A stretch of DNA of 64,000 nucleotides from Clostridia bacterium (GTDB lineage Bacteria > Bacillota > Clostridia > CAKSNL01 > HGM11501). The notes beneath the pieces are model-generated. The model was not told where the DNA came from and made no database searches. It saw only the letters and a program-made list of their open reading frames with translations. The DNA lies in NCBI GenBank assembly GCA_045545475.1, contig JAZQAZ010000040.1, positions 1 to 64,000 on the forward strand, written 5' to 3'. Of the stretch, positions 1 to 9,299 are shown one piece after another; the stretch's first letter is position 1; each line of letters opens with the position of its first letter. The position numbers and the translations under genes were made by a program.

Positions 1-57
1 GTAGTTCTCCCCGTCTGTAAGAATCATTCCTTCTTCAGCTCTTATCGTTATTTTCAT
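1..57 (-). CDS. Phage hypothetical protein, N-terminal fragment (MKITIRAEEGMILTDGENY...), runs off the window
   Basis: ATG at 57 preceded by AGGCGGTG RBS; frame open to the window edge. Confidence 0.6.
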   Translation of the reverse strand, partial: MKITIRAEEGMILTDGENY

Positions 58-69
58 TTAATCACCGCC

Positions 70-768
70 TTAATTGTAAGCAAATGTCCAATTTGCCTTT
101 GAATTTCTAAGTGTGTTCCATTCTTCTGTATACGTTGATTCGTCATCAATATCTATACCAAAGGCATTGTTTACCGCTTCTTTTGAAAACGTAACCGTAA
201 GTCCGCTTTCTTTTTCTGATAAGGCGTTTATAACACTTTCAATACTTGCTTTGTTAAGTTTCGTACTATCCTTGAAACTAATATTTTGCCCTATCGTGCC
301 TTCAATTTCATCAATACTAATTAATGCAGAACAATCTGTAAAAGCGTTTTTGAAAGTAGTATTTTCTGTAATAATAAGTTTTCGTATTCTTTGCATTTTT
401 CTTGCCCAATAGAAAGTAGCATCTAATCCCGTAGGAACACGTGTAGCATCTATTGCTACTTTTGTATCTGTTATGCCTGAAGTGTAAAAAGTATTGCCAA
501 GAGCATTACTTGCGTCAGCACCTACAATGTCATATTTAGGATCATAATTATCATCGTTCCAATTCGGATAAGCAAATCTCCAATAATATCTTGTTGGTGC
601 TCCTTCGTTTTGCAATGGATCCCAAAAAGCATCATATTCCGCCTTCTTGCCTGCATCATAAACTTTAGGAATTTCTGTTACCATATCATCAAGTGTCAAA
701 GCATCCGTTCCCTTGGTCTTATCTCTTATGGCATCGGCAATGGCTGTCATTTTCTCATTAACACTCAT
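70..768 (-). CDS. Phage structural/tail-associated protein
   Basis: ORF track 234 aa; N-terminal AIADAIRDKT...LTLDDM motif typical of Firmicute phage tail accessory proteins; ATG overlaps the upstream stop. Confidence 0.55.
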   Translation of the reverse strand: MSVNEKMTAIADAIRDKTKGTDALTLDDMVTEIPKVYDAGKKAEYDAFWDPLQNEGAPTRYYWRFAYPNWNDDNYDPKYDIVGADASNALGNTFYTSGITDTKVAIDATRVPTGLDATFYWARKMQRIRKLIITENTTFKNAFTDCSALISIDEIEGTIGQNISFKDSTKLNKASIESVINALSEKESGLTVTFSKEAVNNAFGIDIDDESTYTEEWNTLRNSKANWTFAYN

Positions 769-1883
769 TACCAACTACCTCCTAAAATAGCCTCATCCAC
801 ATAGGACTTTATCTCAGCCTTATCTTCCTCTGTCCAGTAGTCTGTGCCTCTGACGGGTGTATAACCGTCTTCGCCATCTTTTCCGTTGTTCACCTGAAAG
901 CTTAACATCTCACCGTTTGTCAGAGTAATAATCACCCACATACTGTTCGTATTTTCATCCGCAGTCGCATAAATGTCGACTATTCCAACGCCAACCTCGC
1001 CCTTTTCGCCCGCATCACCTTTATCACCCTTGTCGCCTTTTTCGCCCTTCGGTCCTGTAGCACCTATAGGTCCCTGCTCTCCTCGGTCACCCTTTGCTCC
1101 GGTATCTCCCTTTTCACCCTTTGCTCCGGGTAATCCCTGCGGGCCCTGTTCGCCTTTGTATGTGCCAAGGTTGTCCCAGTCGCCGTCCCCGGTATAAAGG
1201 AAAAGCTCACCGTCCACGCCAACCTGATATATATCTCCTACCCTTGCATTTGTAGGAAGCTCAGGCTCTTCGCCTACAAGCCCTTTAATCTCAAGCCCGT
1301 GTCCCGTGTCGCCCTTCTCACCCTTAAGGCTTTCTATCCATTCTTCCTCAGTTCCTGTAAAACCGTGCTTAACCGCCAAAGCATAAGCGGACAAAATAAC
1401 AGGCTCCTTCATCTTCGTGGCAGGATTTACAAACTCACACCACCAGGCAGAAAAAGCATACAAATGGCTTTTCGCCATCTCCAAATCGTTGGCGTAATTC
1501 TGATAGTCCTGCAAATAAAAATCATAGAGAGCAATAAGATAATGCTTATACAGTGCCGCATGGGGATACGGTACCGAAAGATATATGTCTGACTTTACCC
1601 AGGCAGAAACATCTGCATCGGGGCTTCCTCCTGCTCCATCCGTAACCTTTTCATAAATAACGTCGCCTATGGAAACCTTACTGCCTTTTTTATACACCTC
1701 TCCCTCCTTCCACTCATCGGGCCAATAAGGAAGGGAAATATCTTCTGTGGATAAAAGCATTACATCTCTCTGTATTTCAAGCTCGATATCGGAAAGCATC
1801 TCCACCTTTGTCTGTATATTAAAGTCATTAATTCTCAAACGGTCAGCGGAAACAATAACCTCCGTTATCCCAACGTATTTCAT
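768..1883 (-). CDS. Putative head-tail adaptor-like protein with CBM5/12-like insert and collagen-like G-X-Y repeats
   Basis: Directly downstream of the major capsid gene; WKEGEVYKKGSKV..GDVIY motif; about 19 G-X-Y triplets; C-terminal GYTPVRGTDYWTEEDK. Confidence 0.6.
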   Translation of the reverse strand: MKYVGITEVIVSADRLRINDFNIQTKVEMLSDIELEIQRDVMLLSTEDISLPYWPDEWKEGEVYKKGSKVSIGDVIYEKVTDGAGGSPDADVSAWVKSDIYLSVPYPHAALYKHYLIALYDFYLQDYQNYANDLEMAKSHLYAFSAWWCEFVNPATKMKEPVILSAYALAVKHGFTGTEEEWIESLKGEKGDTGHGLEIKGLVGEEPELPTNARVGDIYQVGVDGELFLYTGDGDWDNLGTYKGEQGPQGLPGAKGEKGDTGAKGDRGEQGPIGATGPKGEKGDKGDKGDAGEKGEVGVGIVDIYATADENTNSMWVIITLTNGEMLSFQVNNGKDGEDGYTPVRGTDYWTEEDKAEIKSYVDEAILGGSW

Positions 1884-1900
1884 CCTTTACTCACTCCTTT

Positions 1901-2044
1901 TGTCGTTCGTTGTAGTTTCACTCACTAAAACCCTTTTCGGGTTTTATCACCGATTATCACCAAGTAAATGCTCCGCAAAACTTGGTTGCATCGGTGTCGT
2001 TCGCAAAACTTCGTTTCGTAAAACGCTTTGTGGCGTTTCACTTC
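1901..2044 (-). repeat. Modular hairpin repeat, locus 1 (modules C-B-A), flanked by 12-bp direct repeat ACTCACTCCTTT
   Basis: 1915-2015 is identical to 17147-17247; direct repeat at 1889-1900 and 2045-2056. Confidence 0.9.
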
Positions 2045-2059
2045 ACTCACTCCTTTCCA

Positions 2060-2104
2060 AAAAAGCCCGACACAGCGGATTAAACCGCCGCATCGGGCTT
2101 TTTA
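2060..2104 (-). terminator. Intrinsic terminator after the major capsid gene
   Basis: AAAAAGCCCGA...TCGGGCTTTTT inverted repeat with T tracts. Confidence 0.75.
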
Positions 2105-2112
2105 GTTATCAT

Positions 2113-3114
2113 TTATGCAAGTTCAGCTGCACCTGTTACGCCGCCTGCCATAGCAAAACGCCAGTCGTTGAAGCCTGCACCGAATCTTGAATAACCGTTC
2201 CAACGGTTGTTGTCGGTGTTCTCGTCAATGGAGCTCTTAACCTCTAAGTCTACCCTGTCGGACCATATTGCACCGGCGTGACTCTCATTATAGTTGGAGT
2301 CAAGGATAATCCAGGGAATGCTGTCCTTTGAAATAAACTCGTTAAGATAGTTCCAAACGATTATTCTCCAGCGTCCGAAAAGATAGTTGAAACCGTTATT
2401 TGCAGTGTTAGGATCCTTGTCCGCACCGATAACGGCAAAAACTGTCTTTTTAGCATTGTGTTCATTGGGAATAACAATGGTGTCGGGGCTTAAGCCTAAA
2501 ATTTCATTGTTGTCTCCTCTGAAATTCTGCATAGCAACTTCCGCTCTGCCTAAGGCATCTTCGGAAAATGCGTTTCCGCACACGTTGGACTGTGTTTTCT
2601 TCGCATCAATCTTGGAAGGATGCTTACTTGAGAACACAGGAAGCTTGTCCGCACCTGTTGCATCAAATTCCTTGCCGGAAAAGGCAAACTTTGTTTCGCC
2701 CTTTAAGCCGGCACCATAAAGTGCAGCACCAAAGCGTTCTCTTGTTCTGTAGTAGGATGCAATAAAGTTCTTGGGCTTCTGCTTAAAGTCCACAATCTTA
2801 GTGTCATCCACCATTTCACGGGTGATAACAAAACGGTCCTTCCAGGTTTCGTGTTCAATGGTCTTTGAAAAACCTTCAACCATACCGTCTTCGGGGTATG
2901 CACCGCCCTCACCAACAGGCTTAAAGCCGTCCATAGCTGTAAGAGAAGTGTACTTCTCAGAAAAATGTTTACTCTTTCCCATAAGGAAAAGATGCTTCAG
3001 AACACTCTGCTGCTCACAAGCTTCCGCATTGTGTTCGCATAAAAGACGTATTGCCATCTGGTCATTTTTAAAGATGGATTCCGCTACGCCTGCGCTTTCA
3101 GAAAATATAGGCAT
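2113..3114 (-). CDS. Major capsid protein
   Basis: 333 aa; follows scaffold and small decoration gene; PDTIVIP and SRFGAGFNDWR motifs typical of HK97-fold (Mu gpT-like) capsids. Confidence 0.8.
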   Translation of the reverse strand: MPIFSESAGVAESIFKNDQMAIRLLCEHNAEACEQQSVLKHLFLMGKSKHFSEKYTSLTAMDGFKPVGEGGAYPEDGMVEGFSKTIEHETWKDRFVITREMVDDTKIVDFKQKPKNFIASYYRTRERFGAALYGAGLKGETKFAFSGKEFDATGADKLPVFSSKHPSKIDAKKTQSNVCGNAFSEDALGRAEVAMQNFRGDNNEILGLSPDTIVIPNEHNAKKTVFAVIGADKDPNTANNGFNYLFGRWRIIVWNYLNEFISKDSIPWIILDSNYNESHAGAIWSDRVDLEVKSSIDENTDNNRWNGYSRFGAGFNDWRFAMAGGVTGAAELA

Positions 3115-3128
3115 TTATTTCACTCTCC

Positions 3129-3509
3129 TTAAATAATATTAAATCTTACCTTGCTTCCGGCACTCTTGCCTTCGGCAAATAAAATCTTCAGATGTCCGCT
3201 TGCTTCCTGTGCTCCGACACAAGAATCGCTTACTGCAAAGACATCACCGGGATTAATAGAATCAACATCAGAAGCTATCTCAGACTCATACGTGCCGTCT
3301 GCCACCACTCTTGTAACCTTAAGCATTTCGCCATCCGCACAGTCCTTTGTCTCCTCTGATATAAATTCAATTGTATCTGCACTTGTTGCCTTGCAAAGCT
3401 TTCCGCCTGAAAGTTTCAATGCATCGCCTCTTTCAAATTCACCCACATCTGCAGGATAACTTTCAATAGGCACTGAATTATCAACAGTTCTTGAAATTAA
3501 CTTAATCAT
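3129..3509 (-). CDS. Putative capsid decoration/cement protein
   Basis: 126 aa beta-rich protein between scaffold and capsid genes. Confidence 0.55.
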   Translation of the reverse strand: MIKLISRTVDNSVPIESYPADVGEFERGDALKLSGGKLCKATSADTIEFISEETKDCADGEMLKVTRVVADGTYESEIASDVDSINPGDVFAVSDSCVGAQEASGHLKILFAEGKSAGSKVRFNII

Positions 3510-3510
3510 C

Positions 3511-4428
3511 TTACTTTTTCACTCCTTCGTTCTGCTTAAAATAAAAGTTCTTATACTCTTCGTCCGATAAGCCGGGAGTAAGCTCCTTCATTCTTGCAAG
3601 TACAGAAGCGGGAACCTCTTTGCCTGTTCCTTTGCTTCCTCCGCTTGTTTTGATATGTGCCTTACTTCCGACTTCATTTTTTGCCTGAGCTCTGCTTTCA
3701 GCACGTGCCCGCTCTATATGTTTGTCATATGTAGCAAGACGATATGCCTCAGATAGTGATAAGCCCTTCTGAACGCTTAAACGATAAATTTCCTCGTATT
3801 CCGGCAAAGCATAAACATCATCAAAGGATTTTATTTCTGGATTCTCTTTGGAAATCTTTTCAATTTCCTTTGAGATTCTTGCAGCATATTCAGCGTTGTC
3901 GGCACGTCTGCTCTCTTTCTCTAATTTGTCTGAAAGTTCCTTTGCCTTAACAACGGAGGGATGATTGTCAATCATTCCCTTTATAAGCTCCTCTGAAATC
4001 CCAATCCTTTTAAGCTTTTCCGCTGCTTCGGTCGAATTACTTGCCATTCTTGCCTCACGAAGCTCCGCTTCTGTTGTCGCAATCTTTCCTGTGACTGGAT
4101 TCTTTATGCCGAGCGAGGAAATAGCGTCACTCACTCTTTTATCCGCATCACGTTTCGCTTCTGCAATCTTTCTTCTTGCTGCAGCTTCAGCCCTTCGCCT
4201 CGCTGATGCAAAAATTACATCCCGGTCTTTTATCTCTTTATCCGAAGCAGGTTCGGCGACCTCCTGCCCTTCTTCGCCTTCAGGAGTATCGTCACCGGAA
4301 AGGTCGGCGACACCTTCCTCTTCTTCGCCTGATGTCACCTCGGCTGTTCCAGGCTCGCTCTGCTCGCCTTCATCGCTCATGGTGACATCCAAAGCTTCCA
4401 TAACTTCCTGTTCTGACATTCCGTTCAT
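3511..4428 (-). CDS. Putative scaffolding protein
   Basis: Acidic disordered N-terminus, FASARRRAE helix, coiled coil; sits upstream of capsid genes. Confidence 0.7.
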   Translation of the reverse strand: MNGMSEQEVMEALDVTMSDEGEQSEPGTAEVTSGEEEEGVADLSGDDTPEGEEGQEVAEPASDKEIKDRDVIFASARRRAEAAARRKIAEAKRDADKRVSDAISSLGIKNPVTGKIATTEAELREARMASNSTEAAEKLKRIGISEELIKGMIDNHPSVVKAKELSDKLEKESRRADNAEYAARISKEIEKISKENPEIKSFDDVYALPEYEEIYRLSVQKGLSLSEAYRLATYDKHIERARAESRAQAKNEVGSKAHIKTSGGSKGTGKEVPASVLARMKELTPGLSDEEYKNFYFKQNEGVKK

Positions 4429-4447
4429 TTTAACTTACCTTCTTTCT

Positions 4448-4573
4448 TTATTTGCTCTTTTTAGCATCAGAGCCGCTCTTCAAAACCGATTTATCCGTCT
4501 TCTTCTGGGAATAAACCGCTTCGACCACCTGGGAACCGGTGTTTTTCACCTTTCCCGCCAAACTGTTCTTCAT
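4448..4573 (-). CDS. Small basic phage protein (41 aa, MKNSLAGKVKNTGSQVVEAV...)
   Basis: Not in the ORF track; AAAGGTGG RBS; lies between portal and scaffold. Confidence 0.6.
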   Translation of the reverse strand: MKNSLAGKVKNTGSQVVEAVYSQKKTDKSVLKSGSDAKKSK

Positions 4574-4617
4574 ATCATCACCACCTTTCATATTTTCCTT
4601 CTATCCTTCCAACCTGC

Positions 4618-4678
4618 TGTCATTCTGACGACGGCAATTTTCGGTCTCGTCCGCAAAATTGCCTATGGAAGAATCTCT
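4618..4678. repeat. TGTC-tagged palindromic REP-like repeat with internal module D
   Basis: TGTCATTCT...GAAGAATCTCT ends shared with copies at 8485, 12686, 17506 and 36687. Confidence 0.8.
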
Positions 4679-4692
4679 ACTCTATACTTGCA

Positions 4693-6666
4693 TTAATTTA
4701 TAATGTCCACGCCCTCCGCCATCTCTGCATTTGCAGGAGGAGTCATAGCGTTCACTCCCGGAACCGTTACCTTGCTTGCCGCTGCCGCCTTTGCCGTTTC
4801 CTGCTTTTCTCTTAAGTATCTCAGCGTTTCACTCGCCCCGGGATACATAAGTCTTTCCATCTTCATCCAGAACATAATAAGTGTTTCAGGATTTGCAGGA
4901 TCTCCATATGTTCCGGTCGTAAAATTCTGTCTTGTTTCCTGCCACATTGCTTCTCTGTTTGCCGCCAGGGGTTCAGAAGAATCAATGTCAAAAATAAATC
5001 GGTCATTCCAGTAATATTCTCCGGCTTCGTCCTTTTTAAGGAAATCCCATCTCGAAAAACGATTCGTGTTTTCGTGTCCGTAAACATCTCTGCTCATCAC
5101 GTCAATCGGCTCGTCCAGGTATGCAAGCATGAATTTAAAAATGCATTCGTAAATCTTTTTATATGCCGAATTCTTCGCAATACGTTTGCTTTCAAGCCTT
5201 CCCGCCGCCTGACTTGCCGAAATCTGCTTTGCCTTTCCGCTTCTCGCCGTGGTATCTGCTCTTCCTTGATATGAATCCGTAACACCAAGTGTCCTTCTTG
5301 GCTGTTCATATATCGCATTTATCATATTAAGCTCGGGAGCTATGTTTCCATAAAGCTGATGAACTCCGAAAAATTCCTTTTCCTCAAGTTTGGAAAGCCT
5401 TACTTCGCTAACGCCTCCCGGTTTCGCAGTTATTCTGGCATTAGGCGGAAGTGTCACAATTGTACCTGCATTCACACACTTGTCTATAAGCGAATCATTA
5501 AGACGGTTAAGTGCCTCCTGGCTGTCCTCAATAATGTCAACATCACTGACTCCTAAAAGATGGCCGAAAAGCGGAATATTTTTTTGAAGTATCACAGGAA
5601 AACAATCCGGCTTGTATGACGGAATCCTTGTGGGATGCGAATATGTAATTTCCACACCGTCAATTATCTCTGTCTCATCCTGCATTCCTGGAATCAAAAG
5701 GCCGGATGAATTTTCAATGCCTTCGTAAATTTCTTCATAGTCCGATTCAAAATAATCCCACTCACTGCTTCCGCAATATACGCATCTGTCTTCATTGCTT
5801 CTCTCATCAGGCATAAACGGCTCGCCCACTTCTGTAAGCTCACCTGTCTCGGATAACGGTGCAATCGGCATCATATTAATGGCTTTAGGAGCATTGCACT
5901 TTTTGCATCTTAAAGCACGCCTTGCCTGATAATCGGTAAAATCTTCCAAGACGGTATCGCCCGCCCAGGAAAACTTTCCGATGCCTCCCTTGCCGTTTTT
6001 ATAGTAGCAAATCACCTGAGTTAATAACTCTGTGCTGTGGCTCACATCGGAATCCTTGCCTCTTATTTCAGGCTCCGTCTCCGTCTCATCCGAAAGCTTA
6101 ACGTCAAACTTTGCCTCTAAGCTCTTTTTAGTCGCAGGTACCTTCAAAAAGAAATAGTCCATGTCAGAAATATCGCTCGTAACTCCATGTTGCGGAATAA
6201 TCTGCTTCGGATGAACGCCCGATATTACAACATCCCCTTTCCCAAAGCCTCCGGCATTGTCCCACTCAATGTGATATAGTGTTCCGCCCTGAATATATCC
6301 GGTTCGTTCCGATATGTCATTAAGCTCGCTCATCGGAAGTCTCGAAATCTCCTGCCTCAGCATATCTTCTATAAGCTTGGCCAAATTAGCGTCCTGCGGA
6401 TTATGCGGAATAACCTTCGGCATCGGAATAGCTGTAGAAACCTCTGTTTCAATAAGCTCAAAAACAACATTCTGCACATTCTTGCAGATAATATTCTCCT
6501 CTTCATTCTTTTTTGAAAGACGTTTCATCTGTCGCCTTCCCTCATAGATATTGTGACGTTCATCCATTCGGTCGAGTTCTTTTGAATAATAGTTTTCGGC
6601 AGAAGATAACTTCTCCTGCCACTCCAAAAGCTTCTTGTCCTGTTCTTTTTGTTTTTTCGTTCTCAT
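4693..6666 (-). CDS. Portal protein (P22-like) with zinc-ribbon insertion
   Basis: About 657 aa directly after TerL; NVVFELIETEV, LGVSDVD and LGVTDSYQG...SGKA motifs; GGAGG RBS before ATG 6666. Confidence 0.85.
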   Translation of the reverse strand: MRTKKQKEQDKKLLEWQEKLSSAENYYSKELDRMDERHNIYEGRRQMKRLSKKNEEENIICKNVQNVVFELIETEVSTAIPMPKVIPHNPQDANLAKLIEDMLRQEISRLPMSELNDISERTGYIQGGTLYHIEWDNAGGFGKGDVVISGVHPKQIIPQHGVTSDISDMDYFFLKVPATKKSLEAKFDVKLSDETETEPEIRGKDSDVSHSTELLTQVICYYKNGKGGIGKFSWAGDTVLEDFTDYQARRALRCKKCNAPKAINMMPIAPLSETGELTEVGEPFMPDERSNEDRCVYCGSSEWDYFESDYEEIYEGIENSSGLLIPGMQDETEIIDGVEITYSHPTRIPSYKPDCFPVILQKNIPLFGHLLGVSDVDIIEDSQEALNRLNDSLIDKCVNAGTIVTLPPNARITAKPGGVSEVRLSKLEEKEFFGVHQLYGNIAPELNMINAIYEQPRRTLGVTDSYQGRADTTARSGKAKQISASQAAGRLESKRIAKNSAYKKIYECIFKFMLAYLDEPIDVMSRDVYGHENTNRFSRWDFLKKDEAGEYYWNDRFIFDIDSSEPLAANREAMWQETRQNFTTGTYGDPANPETLIMFWMKMERLMYPGASETLRYLREKQETAKAAAASKVTVPGVNAMTPPANAEMAEGVDIIN

Positions 6667-6692
6667 ATGTCTACCTCCGTTCCCTCCATTCA

Positions 6693-6741
6693 AAGCCTTC
6701 CCCTTGAGGGGAAGGTGCCAGCGTAGCTGACGGATGAGGTG
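6693..6741. repeat. Palindromic REP-like repeat (CCTTCCCC-TTGA-GGGGAAGG type)
   Basis: Hairpin followed by a second small hairpin and CGGATGAGG; similar in layout to 16762-16810. Confidence 0.65.
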
Positions 6742-6744
6742 TAC

Positions 6745-6941
6745 TTGCGTTCATTATTTCGTAAAACACATTTCGTGTTTTCCGTCCGGCTTGGTTTCAT
6801 TCGCTAAAACACTGTTCGTGTTTTTACGCTCATAAAACTTCGCCTCCGTAAATATGAGTAAAAAACTGTGCCCATCGAAGGCAAGTTTTTTGCTCAAAAA
6901 TTTTTCACACCCTTCACGGGTTAAGAAAATTTTTATCGCAT
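6745..6941 (-). repeat. Modular hairpin repeat, locus 2 (two A modules plus the post-stop two-hairpin motif 6850-6941)
   Basis: AAAACAC-ATTTC-GTGTTTT, AAAACAC-TGTTC-GTGTTTT, AAAACTTCG; 6850-6941 aligns with 9868-9958. Confidence 0.8.
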
Positions 6942-6953
6942 GCTATGTTGCAT

Positions 6954-8483
6954 TTACTCCGGCTCACCCCATACCTCAATCATTCTTTGGCGTTCTTCTT
7001 CGCTTGCATCGTAATAGTCTTCCCACTGATCAGCTCTCCATTTAACCTTTTCCGATTCAGATTCCGCCATTTCCATGCTTTCCGTCGGACGGATGTGGTT
7101 TGCAATGGCAAGTGCCATAACCAAATCGTCGTGGCTTCCTGCTTCCGCCTCTGGACGAAACTCTTCGTTACGTACAAATGTCAGCATCTCTTCCAACGTG
7201 TCCTTATCGTTAATGCATGAAACATCCTCCTTCGTTGCCGAAATAAGCTCCCCAACAATCAAAGCCCTCGATTTTTTATCCGTCAAAAAGCCATATTCCT
7301 TTCTGAGCTTACCCGTAAACGTATCAAGCCGCTCCCTCACATACTGATTGGGATAATTAAGCCTTGCAAGCTCCCTCACAGGGTATGTGGAATAGTTTAT
7401 TTCGCAGGCAATCTTCGCCTTGCTGTAATACATTCCGAGGCAGTAAAGCTGACGGGTGTATTCAACCTCGTCAAATTGCTTGCGAAGTCTTGCCGCCTGG
7501 CATCCCGTCACGTTGTTCAAAACCTGCGCTGTAAAAAAGTCGCTTCCCGTTCCCGCCGTGTCTCCGCCGATAACGTAGGGAGTAAGCTCGGAGGGTTCCT
7601 CGAAAATACTTATGTACCCGTCGTCACATTCGCAAAACTTAATGTTCTTAATGGTTATACCTGAGTATTCATATTCAAAAACGCCCTTTTTAAGGGGCTT
7701 TTCAAGCTTTGAAATCCGCTCCTGTATAAGTGCGGAATTAAATACCGTTTTTCCCGTCGTTCCCCACTGTCCGAGGCAGTAAACCACCCAATAGTAATCG
7801 TCTAACTCTTTGAATTTCTCCAAGGTTTTTATATCCTCTTCTCTTGCGAAACGGTTATCTTTATATGTGGTTTCGGATGTTATAACGTCCTCATCCCTGC
7901 GGTCAAAGAAATAGCTTTTCAGCCAGTGATTCATTGACACCGGGTTAAAAGTCAGAATCATTTGCTTGTAGTGCTTTGTAGCACCTCGAAGTCTTATATT
8001 CAGCTGGTTAAAATCTTCCTTTGTCACCTCTGAAGCTTCTTCAATCCATATACCAGTAATGTTGTAAATTGATTTCAACTGCTCAACGTCCTTAAGTCCC
8101 GAAAAAACAATCTCATTTCCGTTTGAAAAAATTATCCTCTGCCGGGCGTTAGATGAGTTAATCTTATAGTCTTTTCCTTCTTGTTTATCGGGATAATACT
8201 CCGAAAGCTGTCCTATAAGCTGCTTAAAACAGCTTCCTTCAATGTCTTTTGCCTTCTTTCTGCAGACTAAAAATCTGTGGGGCTTCTCCGTCCAACATCT
8301 TTCCAAAATCTTACTTCCGGCAAAAATACTTTTTCCGCTTCCGCCTCCGCCTTTAAGCACCATTATTTTGTGTTCATCGAATAATAACGGCCAAAAACAG
8401 TCATTTGTCCGCTCTTTAAGCCGTCGGAGGTATTCCGCCGCCTCGTATGCTTCCTTGATTTTGTCTTTCATAAGCGCCGACAC
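6954..8483 (-). CDS. Terminase large subunit (PBSX-type)
   Basis: GGGGSGKS Walker A, WIEEASE Walker B, LTFNP, IGGDTAG and HDDLVMALAIA nuclease motifs. Confidence 0.95.
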   Translation of the reverse strand: MSALMKDKIKEAYEAAEYLRRLKERTNDCFWPLLFDEHKIMVLKGGGGSGKSIFAGSKILERCWTEKPHRFLVCRKKAKDIEGSCFKQLIGQLSEYYPDKQEGKDYKINSSNARQRIIFSNGNEIVFSGLKDVEQLKSIYNITGIWIEEASEVTKEDFNQLNIRLRGATKHYKQMILTFNPVSMNHWLKSYFFDRRDEDVITSETTYKDNRFAREEDIKTLEKFKELDDYYWVVYCLGQWGTTGKTVFNSALIQERISKLEKPLKKGVFEYEYSGITIKNIKFCECDDGYISIFEEPSELTPYVIGGDTAGTGSDFFTAQVLNNVTGCQAARLRKQFDEVEYTRQLYCLGMYYSKAKIACEINYSTYPVRELARLNYPNQYVRERLDTFTGKLRKEYGFLTDKKSRALIVGELISATKEDVSCINDKDTLEEMLTFVRNEEFRPEAEAGSHDDLVMALAIANHIRPTESMEMAESESEKVKWRADQWEDYYDASEEERQRMIEVWGEPE

Positions 8484-8486
8484 CTG

Positions 8487-9041
8487 TCATTCTGAAGGCA
8501 TAGGAGTTTTCGTTGAAAACTCCGAAGACTGAAGAATCTCTTCGTCTCCTGCAACCGACTTTATCAGTGCCATCTTCTCAGAGAGGCTCAGGTTCTCCGT
8601 CATAGCCTCTCTTGTATCTTTACCAAGTTCCAGCTCTCTCTGGTCTTTCCATCCGTAGTTGTTCTTCAGCTGAAATATAACACCCTGAACCTTCTTTCCG
8701 GTCATCAGCTGCTCTTCAAGGTACGCCTCGATGCGCCCCCGCGCACGCGTAACCGTGTCGGAAAATTCCTCCTGATTTCCGTAGGATGCGAAAGTGTCTC
8801 TGTGTATGCCTAAAAACAGGCACAACGCCGTCACAGACGGAGGAATAACATACTCTGTGTAAGTAATAGGCTTCTTTTTATCGTTCAAAATATCGCGAAA
8901 TTCAAATATTTCGTGGCCGTCTTTGTCCTTTTTCCCGGTCGGAACTCGTTCCTGTGCTTTCTTTGTCCTTGTAATCGACTTAAAGTATCTGTCAACAGCC
9001 GCCTTAAAGCTTTTCCCGTTGTATGCTTTATCTCTTCCCAT
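8487..9041 (-). CDS. Terminase small subunit
   Basis: PSVTALCLFLGI HTH and GVIFQLKNNYGWKD motif; directly upstream of TerL; C-terminus and stop come from the TGTC repeat at 8485-8541. Confidence 0.85.
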   Translation of the reverse strand: MGRDKAYNGKSFKAAVDRYFKSITRTKKAQERVPTGKKDKDGHEIFEFRDILNDKKKPITYTEYVIPPSVTALCLFLGIHRDTFASYGNQEEFSDTVTRARGRIEAYLEEQLMTGKKVQGVIFQLKNNYGWKDQRELELGKDTREAMTENLSLSEKMALIKSVAGDEEILQSSEFSTKTPMPSE

Positions 9042-9071
9042 AAGACACCTCACTCCCTTCCCGCAGAAAAT

Positions 9072-9128
9072 AAAAAAAGAACGCCAAACAAACCAAGCCC
9101 CTTTCGGACTTAGCTTATTCGGCGCTCT
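9072..9128 (-). terminator. Leader terminator between the late promoter and terS
   Basis: Minus strand AGAGCGCCGAATAAGCTAAGTCC-GAAA-GGGGCTTGGTTTGTTTGGCGTTCT followed by a T tract. Confidence 0.75.
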
Positions 9129-9130
9129 CA

Positions 9131-9273
9131 ATCAAAAGCCTCTTCGGCTTTTGCACGTTTCACTCGTTAAAAGCCTTTTGGGCTTTTCTTCGGCAATTTT
9201 CGTCTCGGTCGTAAAAATTGCCTATGACTCGCAAAACTTCGCTCCGTAAAAACTTTGTTGTTTTTACTTCGCT
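9131..9273 (-). repeat. Modular hairpin repeat, locus 3 (modules C-D-A-A)
   Basis: AAAAGCC-TCTTC-GGCTTTT, module D 9192-9226, CTCGCAAAACTTCGCTCCG, GTAAAAAC-TTTGTT-GTTTTTAC. Confidence 0.85.
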
Positions 9274-9299
9274 TAGGCACTCTGTTTTTATATGCATAT

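Noticed and set aside
990-1160. Periodic GC-rich nucleotide repeats
   Set aside because: Explained by collagen G-X-Y codons
1747-2190. Plus-strand ORFs 1747-2190, 17132-17644 and 46088-46582 sharing the peptide KCSAK(L/N)
   Set aside because: The shared peptide is just the translation of the non-coding hairpin repeat; the ORFs are antisense to real genes or lack an RBS
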